A stretch of 64,000 bases of DNA, from contig CAWHXW010000003.1 of the NCBI GenBank assembly GCA_963833465.1, positions 282,242 through 346,241 on the forward strand. Direction: 5' to 3'. Both the position numbers and the translations under genes were made by a program. The notes below the pieces were generated by a model. That model worked only from the letters and a program-made list of their open reading frames with translations, did no database searches and was not told the DNA's origin. How positions within the stretch are numbered: the first letter of the stretch is position 1; the number at the start of each line of letters is the position of its first letter. Positions 32,033 through 42,237 of this stretch are shown one piece after another. The DNA comes from Ignavibacteriota bacterium (lineage in GTDB: Bacteria; Bacteroidota; Ignavibacteria; UBA10030).

Positions 32033-34408
32033 TTAAATAGTTGCTGGGGAAATTTTTAAGAATCTTAATGTTTTTTCCCGTTGCAAATGGATAGCTGCGT
32101 AAGTTTGTCCCAAAGCAATTCCTCCGTCATTTGGCGGTACTCGTTGATGCCAGTACGGGTGAAATCCTTCTTCCCGTAATCGTTTCACTGCATGCTCAGT
32201 TAAATATTTATTCTGAAAGCACCCTCCAGAAAGAACAATGCGCTTTTGTTTTATCTTCATTGCTGCTGCCACAATTATTTCAACGAGCGTGTTATGAAAC
32301 TTTGCTGAAATTATTGATGCGGGAATGTTTTGATAAATATCTTCAAGAATTTCATGTATTATGTTTGCCCAATTAATAATCGTTAGGCAATTTTGATTTT
32401 CATTTTCCTCGTCCTGTCTATTATCTTCAATATAAAATGCATATCTTTTCTCCGTTTCGATTCCAGCCGTTAAAAATTCAAGTTCCATCGCTGCCTGACC
32501 TTCAAAATTTACAATTTGTCTCAGTCCAATAATTGACGCGACTGCATCAAAAAGTCTTCCTGCGCTCGTTGTAACAGGCATGTTGATGTTCTTTATAAAC
32601 ATCTGTTTTAGCACATCGAGTTCCGCCGATGTAAATGCATTAACGGAAACTAAATCATTACGGTGAAAAATATCGTCGCCGAATAGTTCATATAAAATTC
32701 CGAGTGCAATGCGCCTCGGTTCTTTAATTGCTTTTTCCCCACCGGGCAATCGGAATGAACGTAGTGTGGCAACGCGTTCAAATGATGATTCAGTCGTTAA
32801 TAAAAATTCACCGCCCCAGATATTTTTATCGAGTCCGTAACCTGTTCCGTCCCACGAAACGCCGAGTAATTCTCCTTCCAATTGATTTTCAGCCATGCAG
32901 GAAGCGATATGTGCGTAATGATGCTGGATTTCAATAATTGGAATACTCGTACTTCGAGCAAACTTAGATGAAAGATAATCTGGATGAAGATCGCAAACGA
33001 TTTGTGCCGGCTTTGTATCATACAGCGTTTGGAAATCTGTAATGACTCGATGAAATGCATCTAAAGATTCTTTTGTTTCTAAATCACCAATATGTTGACT
33101 GATAAAAACATTTTCCTCTGAAGTCAGCGCAATCGTGTTTTTGAGATGTGCTCCAACTGCAAGTAGGGATGCAGCATGCTGTATCCCTACTGTAATGGGT
33201 AATGGAGCATAACCGCGAGCACGGCGTAACACAAATTCACGCTCCATCATGACACGAACTATGGAATCATCTATATGCCGAACAATTGGCCGGTTATGAA
33301 CAAGAAATATATCTGCAATTCCATTCAGCCGATTAAGAGCTTCATATTCATCCGTACAAATCGGTTCGTCTGATAAATTACCGCTTGTAGCTACAATAGG
33401 AGAACCAAGTTCTTTTAATAAGATGTGATGCAACGGTGTGTACGGCAGCATTACACCAAGATATGGATTTGAAGGAGCAACAGATGGTGCAATTCCGAAT
33501 TGCGAATTATGAGTTATCAAATGTTTTAAAAGAACGATTGGTGATTCTGGAGAGAGCAAAAGCCGTTCTTCAAATTGATCAACTTCACATTCTTTTTTTA
33601 TTCCTTTTAAGGAAGGAAACATCAACGCAAATGGCTTTTCTTCCCGATGTTTCTGCTGGCGAAGGTAGCGCACTGCTTCATCGTTCTGTGCGTCAACCAT
33701 AAGATGGAATCCGCCAAGTCCTTTGATAGCGACAATTTTGCCATTTCGAATCGCTTCTACTGCTTGGAGCAATGCATCGTGTTTTTCTGCAATTATGTTT
33801 CCTTTTTCATTCCACAATTCTAATTTTGGCCCGCAAACAGGACAGGCATTTGGCTGGGCATGAAATCGCCGATCAAGAGGGTTCTGATACTCATCTTTGC
33901 AATTCGGACACATTTCAAATTTTTTCATTGATGTGTTTTGACGGTCGTATGGCAATGCTTCTATAATAGAGAAACGAGGCCCGCAATTTGTGCAATTCGT
34001 GAAAGGATAAAGGTAACGGCGATTTGATGCGTCGAAGATGTCGTTCAGACAATCGGGGCAAGTTGAGATATCAGGAAGAACGAGTGCTGTTTTTATTCCG
34101 CCGGGATCACTTTTGCGGATTTCGAAAGATGTAAATCCGATTGGATCAAGAAACGAAAATTCTAAACTTTGGATGAAGGCATGCGGCGGAATTTCTTTCT
34201 GCAAACGAAGTAAAAATTGATTTAGAATGTTTTTTTCACCTTCGATTTCAATGATAACGCCTTGAGCAGAGTTTGAAATCAAGCCCGGTAGTTTCATTTC
34301 TTTCGCTAATCGATAGACAAATGGACGAAATCCAACACCTTGCACAGCACCTCGAATAATAGTTCTGAGGCGTGTTATTTCCGATTTTTTTTGCTTTTTC
34401 TGTTGCAC
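32033..34408 (-). CDS. hypF: Carbamoyltransferase HypF
   Basis: Acylphosphatase domain, two CxxC-x18-CxxC zinc fingers, YrdC and Kae1-like domains. 791 aa. Confidence 0.85.
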   Translation of the reverse strand: MQQKKQKKSEITRLRTIIRGAVQGVGFRPFVYRLAKEMKLPGLISNSAQGVIIEIEGEKNILNQFLLRLQKEIPPHAFIQSLEFSFLDPIGFTSFEIRKSDPGGIKTALVLPDISTCPDCLNDIFDASNRRYLYPFTNCTNCGPRFSIIEALPYDRQNTSMKKFEMCPNCKDEYQNPLDRRFHAQPNACPVCGPKLELWNEKGNIIAEKHDALLQAVEAIRNGKIVAIKGLGGFHLMVDAQNDEAVRYLRQQKHREEKPFALMFPSLKGIKKECEVDQFEERLLLSPESPIVLLKHLITHNSQFGIAPSVAPSNPYLGVMLPYTPLHHILLKELGSPIVATSGNLSDEPICTDEYEALNRLNGIADIFLVHNRPIVRHIDDSIVRVMMEREFVLRRARGYAPLPITVGIQHAASLLAVGAHLKNTIALTSEENVFISQHIGDLETKESLDAFHRVITDFQTLYDTKPAQIVCDLHPDYLSSKFARSTSIPIIEIQHHYAHIASCMAENQLEGELLGVSWDGTGYGLDKNIWGGEFLLTTESSFERVATLRSFRLPGGEKAIKEPRRIALGILYELFGDDIFHRNDLVSVNAFTSAELDVLKQMFIKNINMPVTTSAGRLFDAVASIIGLRQIVNFEGQAAMELEFLTAGIETEKRYAFYIEDNRQDEENENQNCLTIINWANIIHEILEDIYQNIPASIISAKFHNTLVEIIVAAAMKIKQKRIVLSGGCFQNKYLTEHAVKRLREEGFHPYWHQRVPPNDGGIALGQTYAAIHLQREKTLRFLKISPATI

Positions 34409-34552
34409 TATTTAATAAAGTGCAAAAAAATCTGATGAGAAGCTGTATATAAGAAATCCTTAATTCATAATTGATATAAAAAAGGTTTATTCTTATAAAA
34501 AAAAGTATTTAATTAAGCCATATTAAAAACAAACATAAGAGAAAAAACAAAT

Positions 34553-35854
34553 ATGATTTGGAACGAATATATTGAATGCATGGATCGGGAACGGCTTGCA
34601 AAATTACAAAGTGAGCGATTGTCTGCAATGGTGGAGCGGTTGTATTACAATGTGCCATTTTATCGCCGGCAGTTTCAGAAAAACGGAATCGAACCGGGAG
34701 ATATTAAAAGCATAGATCAATTAAAGAATTTACCTTTTACAACAAAACAGGATTTACGCGACAATTATCCTTTTGGTTTATTTGCTGTGCCGACATCAGA
34801 AATCGTACGCGTACATGCGTCCAGCGGCACAACAGGTAAGCCAACAGTTGTAGGATATACGCGGAAAGATATTGAAATATGGTCTGAAGTCGTAGCGCGT
34901 ACACTGACTTCCGCAGGAGGAGGCAAGCATGATGTTTTGCATATTGCATACGGCTATGGTTTGTTCACCGGAGGATTAGGTATCCATTACGGCGCGGAGA
35001 AAATCGGTGCGACTGTTATTCCGGTTTCTGGTGGCAATACTCAACGCCAATTACAATTGATGCAAGATCTTGGTTCTACCATTCTCGCTTGCACACCATC
35101 TTATGCTTTATATTTAGCCGAAGCGATGGCTGAAGCCGGTATATCGGCCAGTTCACTTAAGCTTAAAGCCGGAGTGTTTGGAGCTGAACCGTGGACGGAA
35201 GAAATGCGCCGTGAAATTGAAGACAAATTAAAAATAAAAGCAATTGATATTTACGGATTGAGCGAAGTGATCGGACCGGGAGTAGCTTCTGAATGTATGT
35301 GCCAAAAAGGATTGCATGTCTTTGAAGATCATTTTATTCCAGAGATTGTTGATCCGGAAACACTTGAAGTACTTCCATACGGCCAGCTTGGAGAATTGGT
35401 ATTCACATGTATAACAAAAGAAGCTTTGCCGCTGCTTCGCTACAGAACACGGGATTTAACAGTATTGAATCCTGAAAAATGCGACTGCGGCCGCACAATT
35501 ATTCGAATGAAAAAATGTCTTGGCCGTTCGGACGATATGTTGATTATCAGAGGAGTAAATGTTTTCCCATCTCAAATTGAAACCGTATTGTTAGAAATGA
35601 GCGAAACCAAACCGCATTACCTGCTTGTTGTTGACAGGGTGAATAATCTTGATGTGTTGGAAGTGTGGGTTGAAGTTGAAGGGCAATTCTTTTCAGATGA
35701 AATAAAGAAATTAGAAGACCTTAAAAAGAAAATCCAGCATAATATTGAATCGACCTTAGGAATCGGAACAATTGTAAAGTTAGTCGAACCAAAAACCATT
35801 GAGCGCAGCGAAGGCAAAGCTAAACGTGTAATTGATAAACGAAAAATAAAATAG
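34553..35854 (+). CDS. Phenylacetate-CoA ligase family (PaaK / F390-synthetase-like) adenylate-forming enzyme
   Basis: N-terminus ...LAKLQSERL...NVPFYRR and the [10 protein letters not shown]-loop. 433 aa. Confidence 0.75.
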   Translation: MIWNEYIECMDRERLAKLQSERLSAMVERLYYNVPFYRRQFQKNGIEPGDIKSIDQLKNLPFTTKQDLRDNYPFGLFAVPTSEIVRVHASSGTTGKPTVVGYTRKDIEIWSEVVARTLTSAGGGKHDVLHIAYGYGLFTGGLGIHYGAEKIGATVIPVSGGNTQRQLQLMQDLGSTILACTPSYALYLAEAMAEAGISASSLKLKAGVFGAEPWTEEMRREIEDKLKIKAIDIYGLSEVIGPGVASECMCQKGLHVFEDHFIPEIVDPETLEVLPYGQLGELVFTCITKEALPLLRYRTRDLTVLNPEKCDCGRTIIRMKKCLGRSDDMLIIRGVNVFPSQIETVLLEMSETKPHYLLVVDRVNNLDVLEVWVEVEGQFFSDEIKKLEDLKKKIQHNIESTLGIGTIVKLVEPKTIERSEGKAKRVIDKRKIK

Positions 35855-35860
35855 GGCGTT

Positions 35861-36286
35861 ATGATCATAAAACAACTTTCAATATTTCTCGAAAATAAGT
35901 CAGGCCGTCTGACCGAGGTGACCGAAGCATTGGCTTCTGCACAAATAAATATTTCTGCATTCAGCATTGCCGATACGTCTGAATTTGGCGTGCTCAGGAT
36001 GATTGTGAATAAGCCGGATGCAGCAGAAAAAATATTAAAAACAAAGGGAATTTCAGTCCATATAACCGAAGTTATCGGATTTATAGTTCCTGATGAACCG
36101 GGCGGTTTGCATAGAGCATTGCAAATTCTATCTTCCGAAGAAATTAGCGTAGAGTACATGTACGCGTTTACGCTTGGCGACCGTGCTTCGGTCATTTTAC
36201 GCACCGATGCGATTCAGCAAGCAATTGCAGCTTTGCAAAAGCATAAAATGGAACTTCTAAAAGCAAGCGAGATTTATGAAGTCTAA
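35861..36286 (+). CDS. ACT-domain protein (usual partner of PaaK-like ligases)
   Basis: Two ACT-like repeats (IFLENKSGRL...; FIVPDEPGGL...), in an operon with the ligase. Confidence 0.6.
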   Translation: MIIKQLSIFLENKSGRLTEVTEALASAQINISAFSIADTSEFGVLRMIVNKPDAAEKILKTKGISVHITEVIGFIVPDEPGGLHRALQILSSEEISVEYMYAFTLGDRASVILRTDAIQQAIAALQKHKMELLKASEIYEV

Positions 36287-36372
36287 TTGTAAATAAATTT
36301 CAAAACACAAATAGAAGAATCTCAAACGTATTCTATAAAATACAGCTGATTATCTTTTTTAACTTGATAATT

Positions 36373-36446
36373 CCCTGTGGCTTGCCACAGGGTAAAAACT
36401 AAGACAGAAAATATTCTATAGCGATACCCTGCGGCTTGCCGCAGGG
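36373..36446. repeat. Tandem pair of near-identical GC-rich hairpins with CUUG tetraloops and a compensatory base-pair change
   Basis: ccctgtgg-CTTG-ccacaggg (36373-36392) and ccctgcgg-CTTG-ccgcaggg (36427-36446). The t/a pair in copy 1 is c/g in copy 2, so pairing is preserved. Confidence 0.55.
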
Positions 36447-36546
36447 TCATTCATTAATTTGTATTTTTGTTTTTGAATTTTATCACTTATTTGTGTTTTG
36501 GATATTGATTTTTGATTATTCAATATAAGAGTTGCCGGGATTTATT

Positions 36547-37749
36547 ATGTTCAAGTTTTCCAATAGTGTGAATTCACTCCGTACTTCCGAAATCAGAGAT
36601 TTAATGAGTCTCGCAACTCGGCCGGATATTATTTCGTTTGCCGGCGGTATGCCGGGCAACGAATTGTTTCCAGTCGAAGAAATCGACGAGATTTATAACA
36701 ACCTGTCTCTTGATATTAAGCAAACAGCATTTCAATACGGACCTACATCGGGTTATCCACCGCTGCTCGAATCGCTGAAAGAGCATTTAAAAAGTAAAGG
36801 AATGCCGGTCGATACAAACAATCTAATGATTACAACCGGTTCTTTGCAAGCGATTAATATTCTTTCAAAAGTACTTATTGATCCGGAGGATTTAGTGGTG
36901 ACAGAAAATCCCTGTTTTATCGGAGGAATTTCTGCATTTAAATCATATCAAGCAAATCTTCAGGGAATAGATTTAGATGATGACGGAATTAATATTCAAA
37001 TGTTAAAAAATTTTCTTAATCAATCGAAATCTAAACCGCCTAAATTTATTTATCTGACACCCAACTTTCATAATCCAGCCGGCACACTTTATACGGAACA
37101 ACGGAAAAAAGAATTGGCGGCAATTCTTCAAGAAAATAATTTAATATTAATCGAAGATGATGCGTACGGTGAACTGTATTTTTATGAAGAAGATCGAAAA
37201 AGAGTGACTCCGATGAAAGTATTTTACGAAAATGAACTTGATATATGTTATACAAGTTCTTTTTCAAAAATACTCGGGCCTGGTTTTAGATTAGGTTGGA
37301 TGTTAGTGCCGCCTGAGATTTATCAAAAAGCCGAATTATGCAAACAATCTATAGATGCCTGTTCTCCGAATTTTACACAGGTATTGGCAAATGAATTTTT
37401 ACGAAGCGGCAAAATGGACAGCTACATAAAAAAAATGAGGGTAATATATAAACGGCGTAAAGACACGATGGCTGGCGCTATTCGCGAATATTTTCCAGTA
37501 GAAATTAAATGGGTTGAGCCGAGAGGCGGCTTTTACATCTGGCTGAAATTGCCTCAAAAGCTCGACATTATATCGGTGCTCAAGACGTGTATTGAAAAAG
37601 GTGCTGTATTTGTAATTGGCAAAACATTTGACCCGGCAGGGAAGGATAACAGCCATTTCAGATTATCTTACTCGCACACACCTGAAGATAAAATTGAAAA
37701 TGGTATTCATATTCTTGGTGACTGCTTAAAGGAAGCTATGGTACAATAA
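36547..37749 (+). CDS. PLP-dependent aminotransferase, class I/II (2-aminoadipate/AspAT-like)
   Basis: Fold-type I aminotransferase motifs, including the SFSKILGPGFRLG lysine region. Start is uncertain (TTG at 36532 or ATG at 36547). Confidence 0.65.
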   Translation: MFKFSNSVNSLRTSEIRDLMSLATRPDIISFAGGMPGNELFPVEEIDEIYNNLSLDIKQTAFQYGPTSGYPPLLESLKEHLKSKGMPVDTNNLMITTGSLQAINILSKVLIDPEDLVVTENPCFIGGISAFKSYQANLQGIDLDDDGINIQMLKNFLNQSKSKPPKFIYLTPNFHNPAGTLYTEQRKKELAAILQENNLILIEDDAYGELYFYEEDRKRVTPMKVFYENELDICYTSSFSKILGPGFRLGWMLVPPEIYQKAELCKQSIDACSPNFTQVLANEFLRSGKMDSYIKKMRVIYKRRKDTMAGAIREYFPVEIKWVEPRGGFYIWLKLPQKLDIISVLKTCIEKGAVFVIGKTFDPAGKDNSHFRLSYSHTPEDKIENGIHILGDCLKEAMVQ

Positions 37750-37823
37750 TAACATTTCTATTTTGGAATCACGCATTTTATTTCTCACAATAAATTCAAT
37801 TTTTTCATTAAACTTAAACGGAC

Positions 37824-38759
37824 ATGAAACATTCCCAAAACCAACTAATATATTCTTTGATCATCATAAATATTTTGTTCACGGGAATATTTTTCGCACA
37901 GAATCAAAATCCTGTTTCGCCGAACAATGGAACAAAAAACAAAGATCAATACGACTTCTATTTTCATAAAGCGGATTATCATTTAGGCAAATATGAATTT
38001 GAAGAATCAATTAAGAACTGTGAATTAGCTCTGCAATACATTCCGAATGATTTTCTTATTCGAGCAATGATTTGTCTGGATTACTATGAAATTGCTGAAA
38101 GACTTGATGCAAAAAAATCCGGCGATAAAGATAAAAAAATCGAGATATATAATAAAATGATAAAGATTGCAGAAGAAGGAATATCATTTGTTCCTGATAA
38201 AGGTGAATGTTATTTCATGCGCGGATTGGCAAATGCAAGAATGGCAACAACCAAAGGAGTGCTTTCACAATTGTTCACAGCTAAACAAATTGAAACCGAT
38301 TGGTTGGTAGCAGTAAACCGGAAATCTGATTACACAACGCCAAACGGTGAAAATCTTCAAGCATCCAGTTGTTTAGCACTCGGTGTTTACTATCGTCTTT
38401 GTCCAACTTTCTTTTTGCTCAAATGGATATTCGGGATTAGCGGTGATCTGGATAAGGCTGTGGCATATTGCAAAAAAGCTTATGATCTGGATTCGACAAG
38501 AATTGAAATTGTAAAAGAATATGGCGTCGCCTTAATCACCCGTGGATTGGATTCAAAGAACGAAATGGAAATTGAACAAGGCAAAGAATATTTGCGGAAA
38601 GTACTTTCTTTACCGTTGCGGTTACAGACAGATAAAATTGATATTGAACATAGTAAAATGCTCTTAAAGAATATTAGTTTATGTCCGGGATATTCAAGGG
38701 ACGAACAACAGGATATTTCCGAAGAAACATTCGCTAAGGAAAATTCATCGTCTCACTAA
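37824..38759 (+). CDS. Hypothetical secreted TPR-like protein
   Basis: N-terminal signal peptide (LIIINILFTGIFFAQ) and a helical repeat-like composition. No recognisable catalytic motif. Confidence 0.35.
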   Translation: MKHSQNQLIYSLIIINILFTGIFFAQNQNPVSPNNGTKNKDQYDFYFHKADYHLGKYEFEESIKNCELALQYIPNDFLIRAMICLDYYEIAERLDAKKSGDKDKKIEIYNKMIKIAEEGISFVPDKGECYFMRGLANARMATTKGVLSQLFTAKQIETDWLVAVNRKSDYTTPNGENLQASSCLALGVYYRLCPTFFLLKWIFGISGDLDKAVAYCKKAYDLDSTRIEIVKEYGVALITRGLDSKNEMEIEQGKEYLRKVLSLPLRLQTDKIDIEHSKMLLKNISLCPGYSRDEQQDISEETFAKENSSSH

Positions 38760-38762
38760 ATT

Positions 38763-39785
38763 TTAAATCTGGTATTCTATAATTTTTTTCTTTGCGTCGA
38801 ACGGGTCAAATTGATTCAACCCTAATTTCTCGACGGCGAGCGAAATATATTCTTGTTCGGTAAGCGGTTTTTTATTCGAGTAAAATATTCCAGCTTTCAA
38901 AATTGCGGCAAGCGGCGTTAATCCAATTAGTTCACTTCCTGTTACATCGATGTCGAGTGCTCGCGCCTGCTTTTTCACATCTTCATAAGCTTCGTGCATC
39001 GATGTTTTTTCAAAATCTACAAGATTAATAGAAACTTGTGCAATCTTAAATCGCTCTAAGAAAATCCCTATGGCTTTTACGGCGTTAAGTGTACCCGGAA
39101 TTTTTATTGTTTCACCCTTTTCATTTTTTATTGGATTATCGAATTTATCTTTCATTACGCGGCCGCTTTCACGAATACGCATTGCTATTTCATGCGCCAG
39201 CGTAACGTCTTTTGTATTCAAATTCACATTGTAAGCGATAAGAATATTTCTTGCACCTGTCACAGTAATACCAGATTTCGGATTGAAGATTGGTTCGCCG
39301 TAATCTGGTTTCCATGCAGGGTCTTTCAGTTTCTCCGATAAGCCTTCGTACTCACCTCTGCGGATGTCAGGAAGATTTTTTCTATAGTGCAAACGAGATG
39401 CAAATTCGTATAAGTAAATTGGAATATTTAATTCAGAGGCAGCACGTTTGCCGTAAATGTTGGCAAGCTGCACACAATCATTCATGGTAACGCCGCTGAT
39501 AGGAACGAATGGTACAACATCCACGGCCCCAATACGCGGGTGTTCGCCTTTATGCTTTGTCATATCGATATATTCAGCCGCAGTTTTAGTTGCTTGAAAT
39601 GCTGCTTCCAGTACAGCATCTGGTTCGCCGACGAATGTTATAACAGTTCGGTTGTAATCTTTATCAGGTTCAACGTTCAGTAAGTGAACTCCGGGCACAT
39701 TTTGAATACTCGCGCCAATGGCGTCGATTGTTTTTTGATTTTGCCCTTCGCTAAAATTAGGAACACATTCTACGATTTTTCGCAT
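38763..39785 (-). CDS. ftcD: Glutamate formimidoyltransferase
   Basis: N-terminus IVECVPNFSEGQN is characteristic of the formiminotransferase domain. Confidence 0.7.
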   Translation of the reverse strand: MRKIVECVPNFSEGQNQKTIDAIGASIQNVPGVHLLNVEPDKDYNRTVITFVGEPDAVLEAAFQATKTAAEYIDMTKHKGEHPRIGAVDVVPFVPISGVTMNDCVQLANIYGKRAASELNIPIYLYEFASRLHYRKNLPDIRRGEYEGLSEKLKDPAWKPDYGEPIFNPKSGITVTGARNILIAYNVNLNTKDVTLAHEIAMRIRESGRVMKDKFDNPIKNEKGETIKIPGTLNAVKAIGIFLERFKIAQVSINLVDFEKTSMHEAYEDVKKQARALDIDVTGSELIGLTPLAAILKAGIFYSNKKPLTEQEYISLAVEKLGLNQFDPFDAKKKIIEYQI

Positions 39786-39800
39786 ATATTTCTTCTCGAA

Positions 39801-41045
39801 CTAAAAGTCCAAATATGTTCCGCGCTTGATAACTTTAGCAACGTGATTTGTCCCAAAATGATAGGCGAGATACCGGTAAGTTGGAATATCATAAAGTACA
39901 ATATCGGCTTGTTTGCCGACTTCAATGCTGCCAAGTTTATCCGAAAGCCCAAGTGCAGCCGCTCCATTTAAAGTTGAAGCAGTGATAGATTCTTCCGGCG
40001 TCAAAGACATTTGCGTGCAGGCAATCGTCATCATCATCGGCATGGAATACGACATACAGGAATTGGGATTGAAATTTGATGCAATCGCTAACGGAACACC
40101 TGCATCGATTATTTTTCGTGCAAGCGGATAATCGCGGTGCAGGAAGAATGAAACACCGGGAAGTACCGTCGCAATAGTTCCATGTTGTTTTAATGCAGCG
40201 ATTCCTGCATCGTCGATTTGCTCAAGATGATCGGCAGAGAGAGCGCCAATCTCAGCTGCGAGTTTTGATGCACCGATTTGTGTCAATTGATCAGCGTGAA
40301 TTTTCAAGTTAAAACCAAGCGACTTTGCTGTTTTAAATATTCTCCGGCATTGTTCTATAGAAAAATATCCTTCTTCGCAAAATACGTCGCAAAATTTTGC
40401 CAAGTTGCGCTGTGCAATGTAAGGAAGCATCCGCACGCAAATGAGATCAACATAATTTTCGGAATTATTCCTAAATTCTGGAGGAATTGCATGGGCTCCA
40501 AAAAATGTCGGCACAATATCCATTAAACATTCATCCGAAAGATCGTTAATTGCTTCCAGCGTTTTAATTTCGTCATTTTCATTCAATCCGTATCCGGATT
40601 TAATCTCTACTGTTGTCGTCCCTTCTGTCAGCATTGTATCCAAATGACGGCGGGCGAATTTCTTCAATTCCTTTTTTGTTGCAGTTCGTGTCGCCTGTAC
40701 GGTACTGAATATTTCTTCGCCGGCTTGTACTATTTCCCGATATTTATTTCTTTCGAGATTTAATGCAAAATCGTTTTCTTTTGTTCCAGCAAATAATAAA
40801 TGTGTATGTGAATCGACAAATCCTGGAAGTCCGACCAAATCTGAACCATCAATAATGTCAATATTTTCGTCCACTAACTGATCGAATTCAGTATGCTGAC
40901 CGATCCATTTGAAGAGTCCGTTTTCAATTAACACAGTTGCATTTTCGACGATGCCAAGGTCACACATTTCTATGCCTGATTTGAACGGCTTCCCGTTTGA
41001 TTTTACAGTAACAAGTTGTTTAATATTTTTGATAAGAAGATTCAT
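39801..41045 (-). CDS. hutI: Imidazolonepropionase
   Basis: Amidohydrolase; GFVDSHTHLLFAG metal-binding motif. 414 aa. Confidence 0.8.
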   Translation of the reverse strand: MNLLIKNIKQLVTVKSNGKPFKSGIEMCDLGIVENATVLIENGLFKWIGQHTEFDQLVDENIDIIDGSDLVGLPGFVDSHTHLLFAGTKENDFALNLERNKYREIVQAGEEIFSTVQATRTATKKELKKFARRHLDTMLTEGTTTVEIKSGYGLNENDEIKTLEAINDLSDECLMDIVPTFFGAHAIPPEFRNNSENYVDLICVRMLPYIAQRNLAKFCDVFCEEGYFSIEQCRRIFKTAKSLGFNLKIHADQLTQIGASKLAAEIGALSADHLEQIDDAGIAALKQHGTIATVLPGVSFFLHRDYPLARKIIDAGVPLAIASNFNPNSCMSYSMPMMMTIACTQMSLTPEESITASTLNGAAALGLSDKLGSIEVGKQADIVLYDIPTYRYLAYHFGTNHVAKVIKRGTYLDF

Positions 41046-41107
41046 AAAATAATATTATACACAGACGCGCAAAATATAATTCTGAAATATTTTCATGTAA
41101 GAATTGA

Positions 41108-41590
41108 TTACATTTTATATCCGATTTTTCTCAAAAAATCCTTTCGCCACTTTATATCTTTATCAGTCTCGATGCCTTTTGTTTTTTCTCCATCAATAAC
41201 ACCTAGAATACCGCGGCCTTGTTCGGTTTCTGCAATTATGACTTCCACAGGATTTGCAGTAGCACAAAAAATATTGCATACCTCCGGAAGATTTTTTATT
41301 GTATTAAGAATGTTTATTGGAAAACCATTTTCAACAAATAAAATAAAGCAGTGTCCGCAGGAAAGCGACATAGCATTTTTCTTTGCCATCTCGATAAGTG
41401 CATCGTCGTTGCCTGTCCAGCGCACAAGCGCCATACCGGACGATTCGCAAAATCCAAGCCCGAATTTCATCTGCGGATTTGTCTGCACGATGGCTTCGTG
41501 GATGTCCTCCACCGTTTTGATGAAGTGCGATTGTCCGAGTATAAAATTAATCGTTTCCGGTTTTTCAATTTTTATTGTTTTGAGTTCCAT
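41108..41590 (-). CDS. DUF355 / 'adenosine-specific kinase'-like (PF04008) family protein - tentative
   Basis: 160 aa. The family call is from memory of its conserved ...PEVCNIFCATANPVEVI... core. Confidence 0.35.
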   Translation of the reverse strand: MELKTIKIEKPETINFILGQSHFIKTVEDIHEAIVQTNPQMKFGLGFCESSGMALVRWTGNDDALIEMAKKNAMSLSCGHCFILFVENGFPINILNTIKNLPEVCNIFCATANPVEVIIAETEQGRGILGVIDGEKTKGIETDKDIKWRKDFLRKIGYKM

Positions 41591-41689
41591 ATATTATCCC
41601 AATCTTATTTTTGATTGATAATAAAAATATTTTGTTTTTAAATTCCGTCAATAAAATTTATCTGCGTTTCGTGTTATTAATTTAGGATT

Positions 41690-42173
41690 TTATAAGTTTC
41701 CGATTGTTTCCACAGGTAAAAGAAATTTTAATAATCCATTTCCTTCATGAATCGGGATAGGAATATCCACCAATGCTAAACTGCATTTTTTCATTTCTAT
41801 TTCAACTTTTCGATTTCCACCAATAAGCAGTGAGATTGTTTCAGATAGATATGGTTCGTGCCCGACTAAAAGTACCTGAAGATACGCCGAATTTATTAAT
41901 CTGATCAAAAAGCTTTTGAGGATCAGAGCCATTTAACAAAAAATCACAGGAAGAAATTGGCACATTATTGATGTTTGAAAAAACGATAGATGCAGTTTCT
42001 AGCGAGCGTTTAAGCGGACTTGAGAAGGCTGCATCGATTACAATATTCATTCGTCGAAAAAATGTGCTAATGAGTTTTGCTTTGCGTACTCCGAGATCAA
42101 TCAACGGGCGATCTGTGTCGTTATATTGAGATTCAGAAGAAGCGTCGCCGTGCCGGAGGAAGTAAATATGCAT
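41690..42173 (-). CDS. sixA: Phosphohistidine phosphatase SixA-like (histidine phosphatase superfamily), interrupted by a frame shift (~41890)
   Basis: N-terminus MHIYFLRHGDA (RHG motif) in one frame and the LLVGHEPYLS motif in the next. Removing one A from aatAAAttc gives ...DQINNSAYLQVLLVGHEP... Confidence 0.6.
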
Positions 42174-42237
42174 AGTCGTACTGTCAGAATTCTGAAAAAC
42201 CATGTGTGCAAACCGAAAAAACAGTATAAAAAATCTG

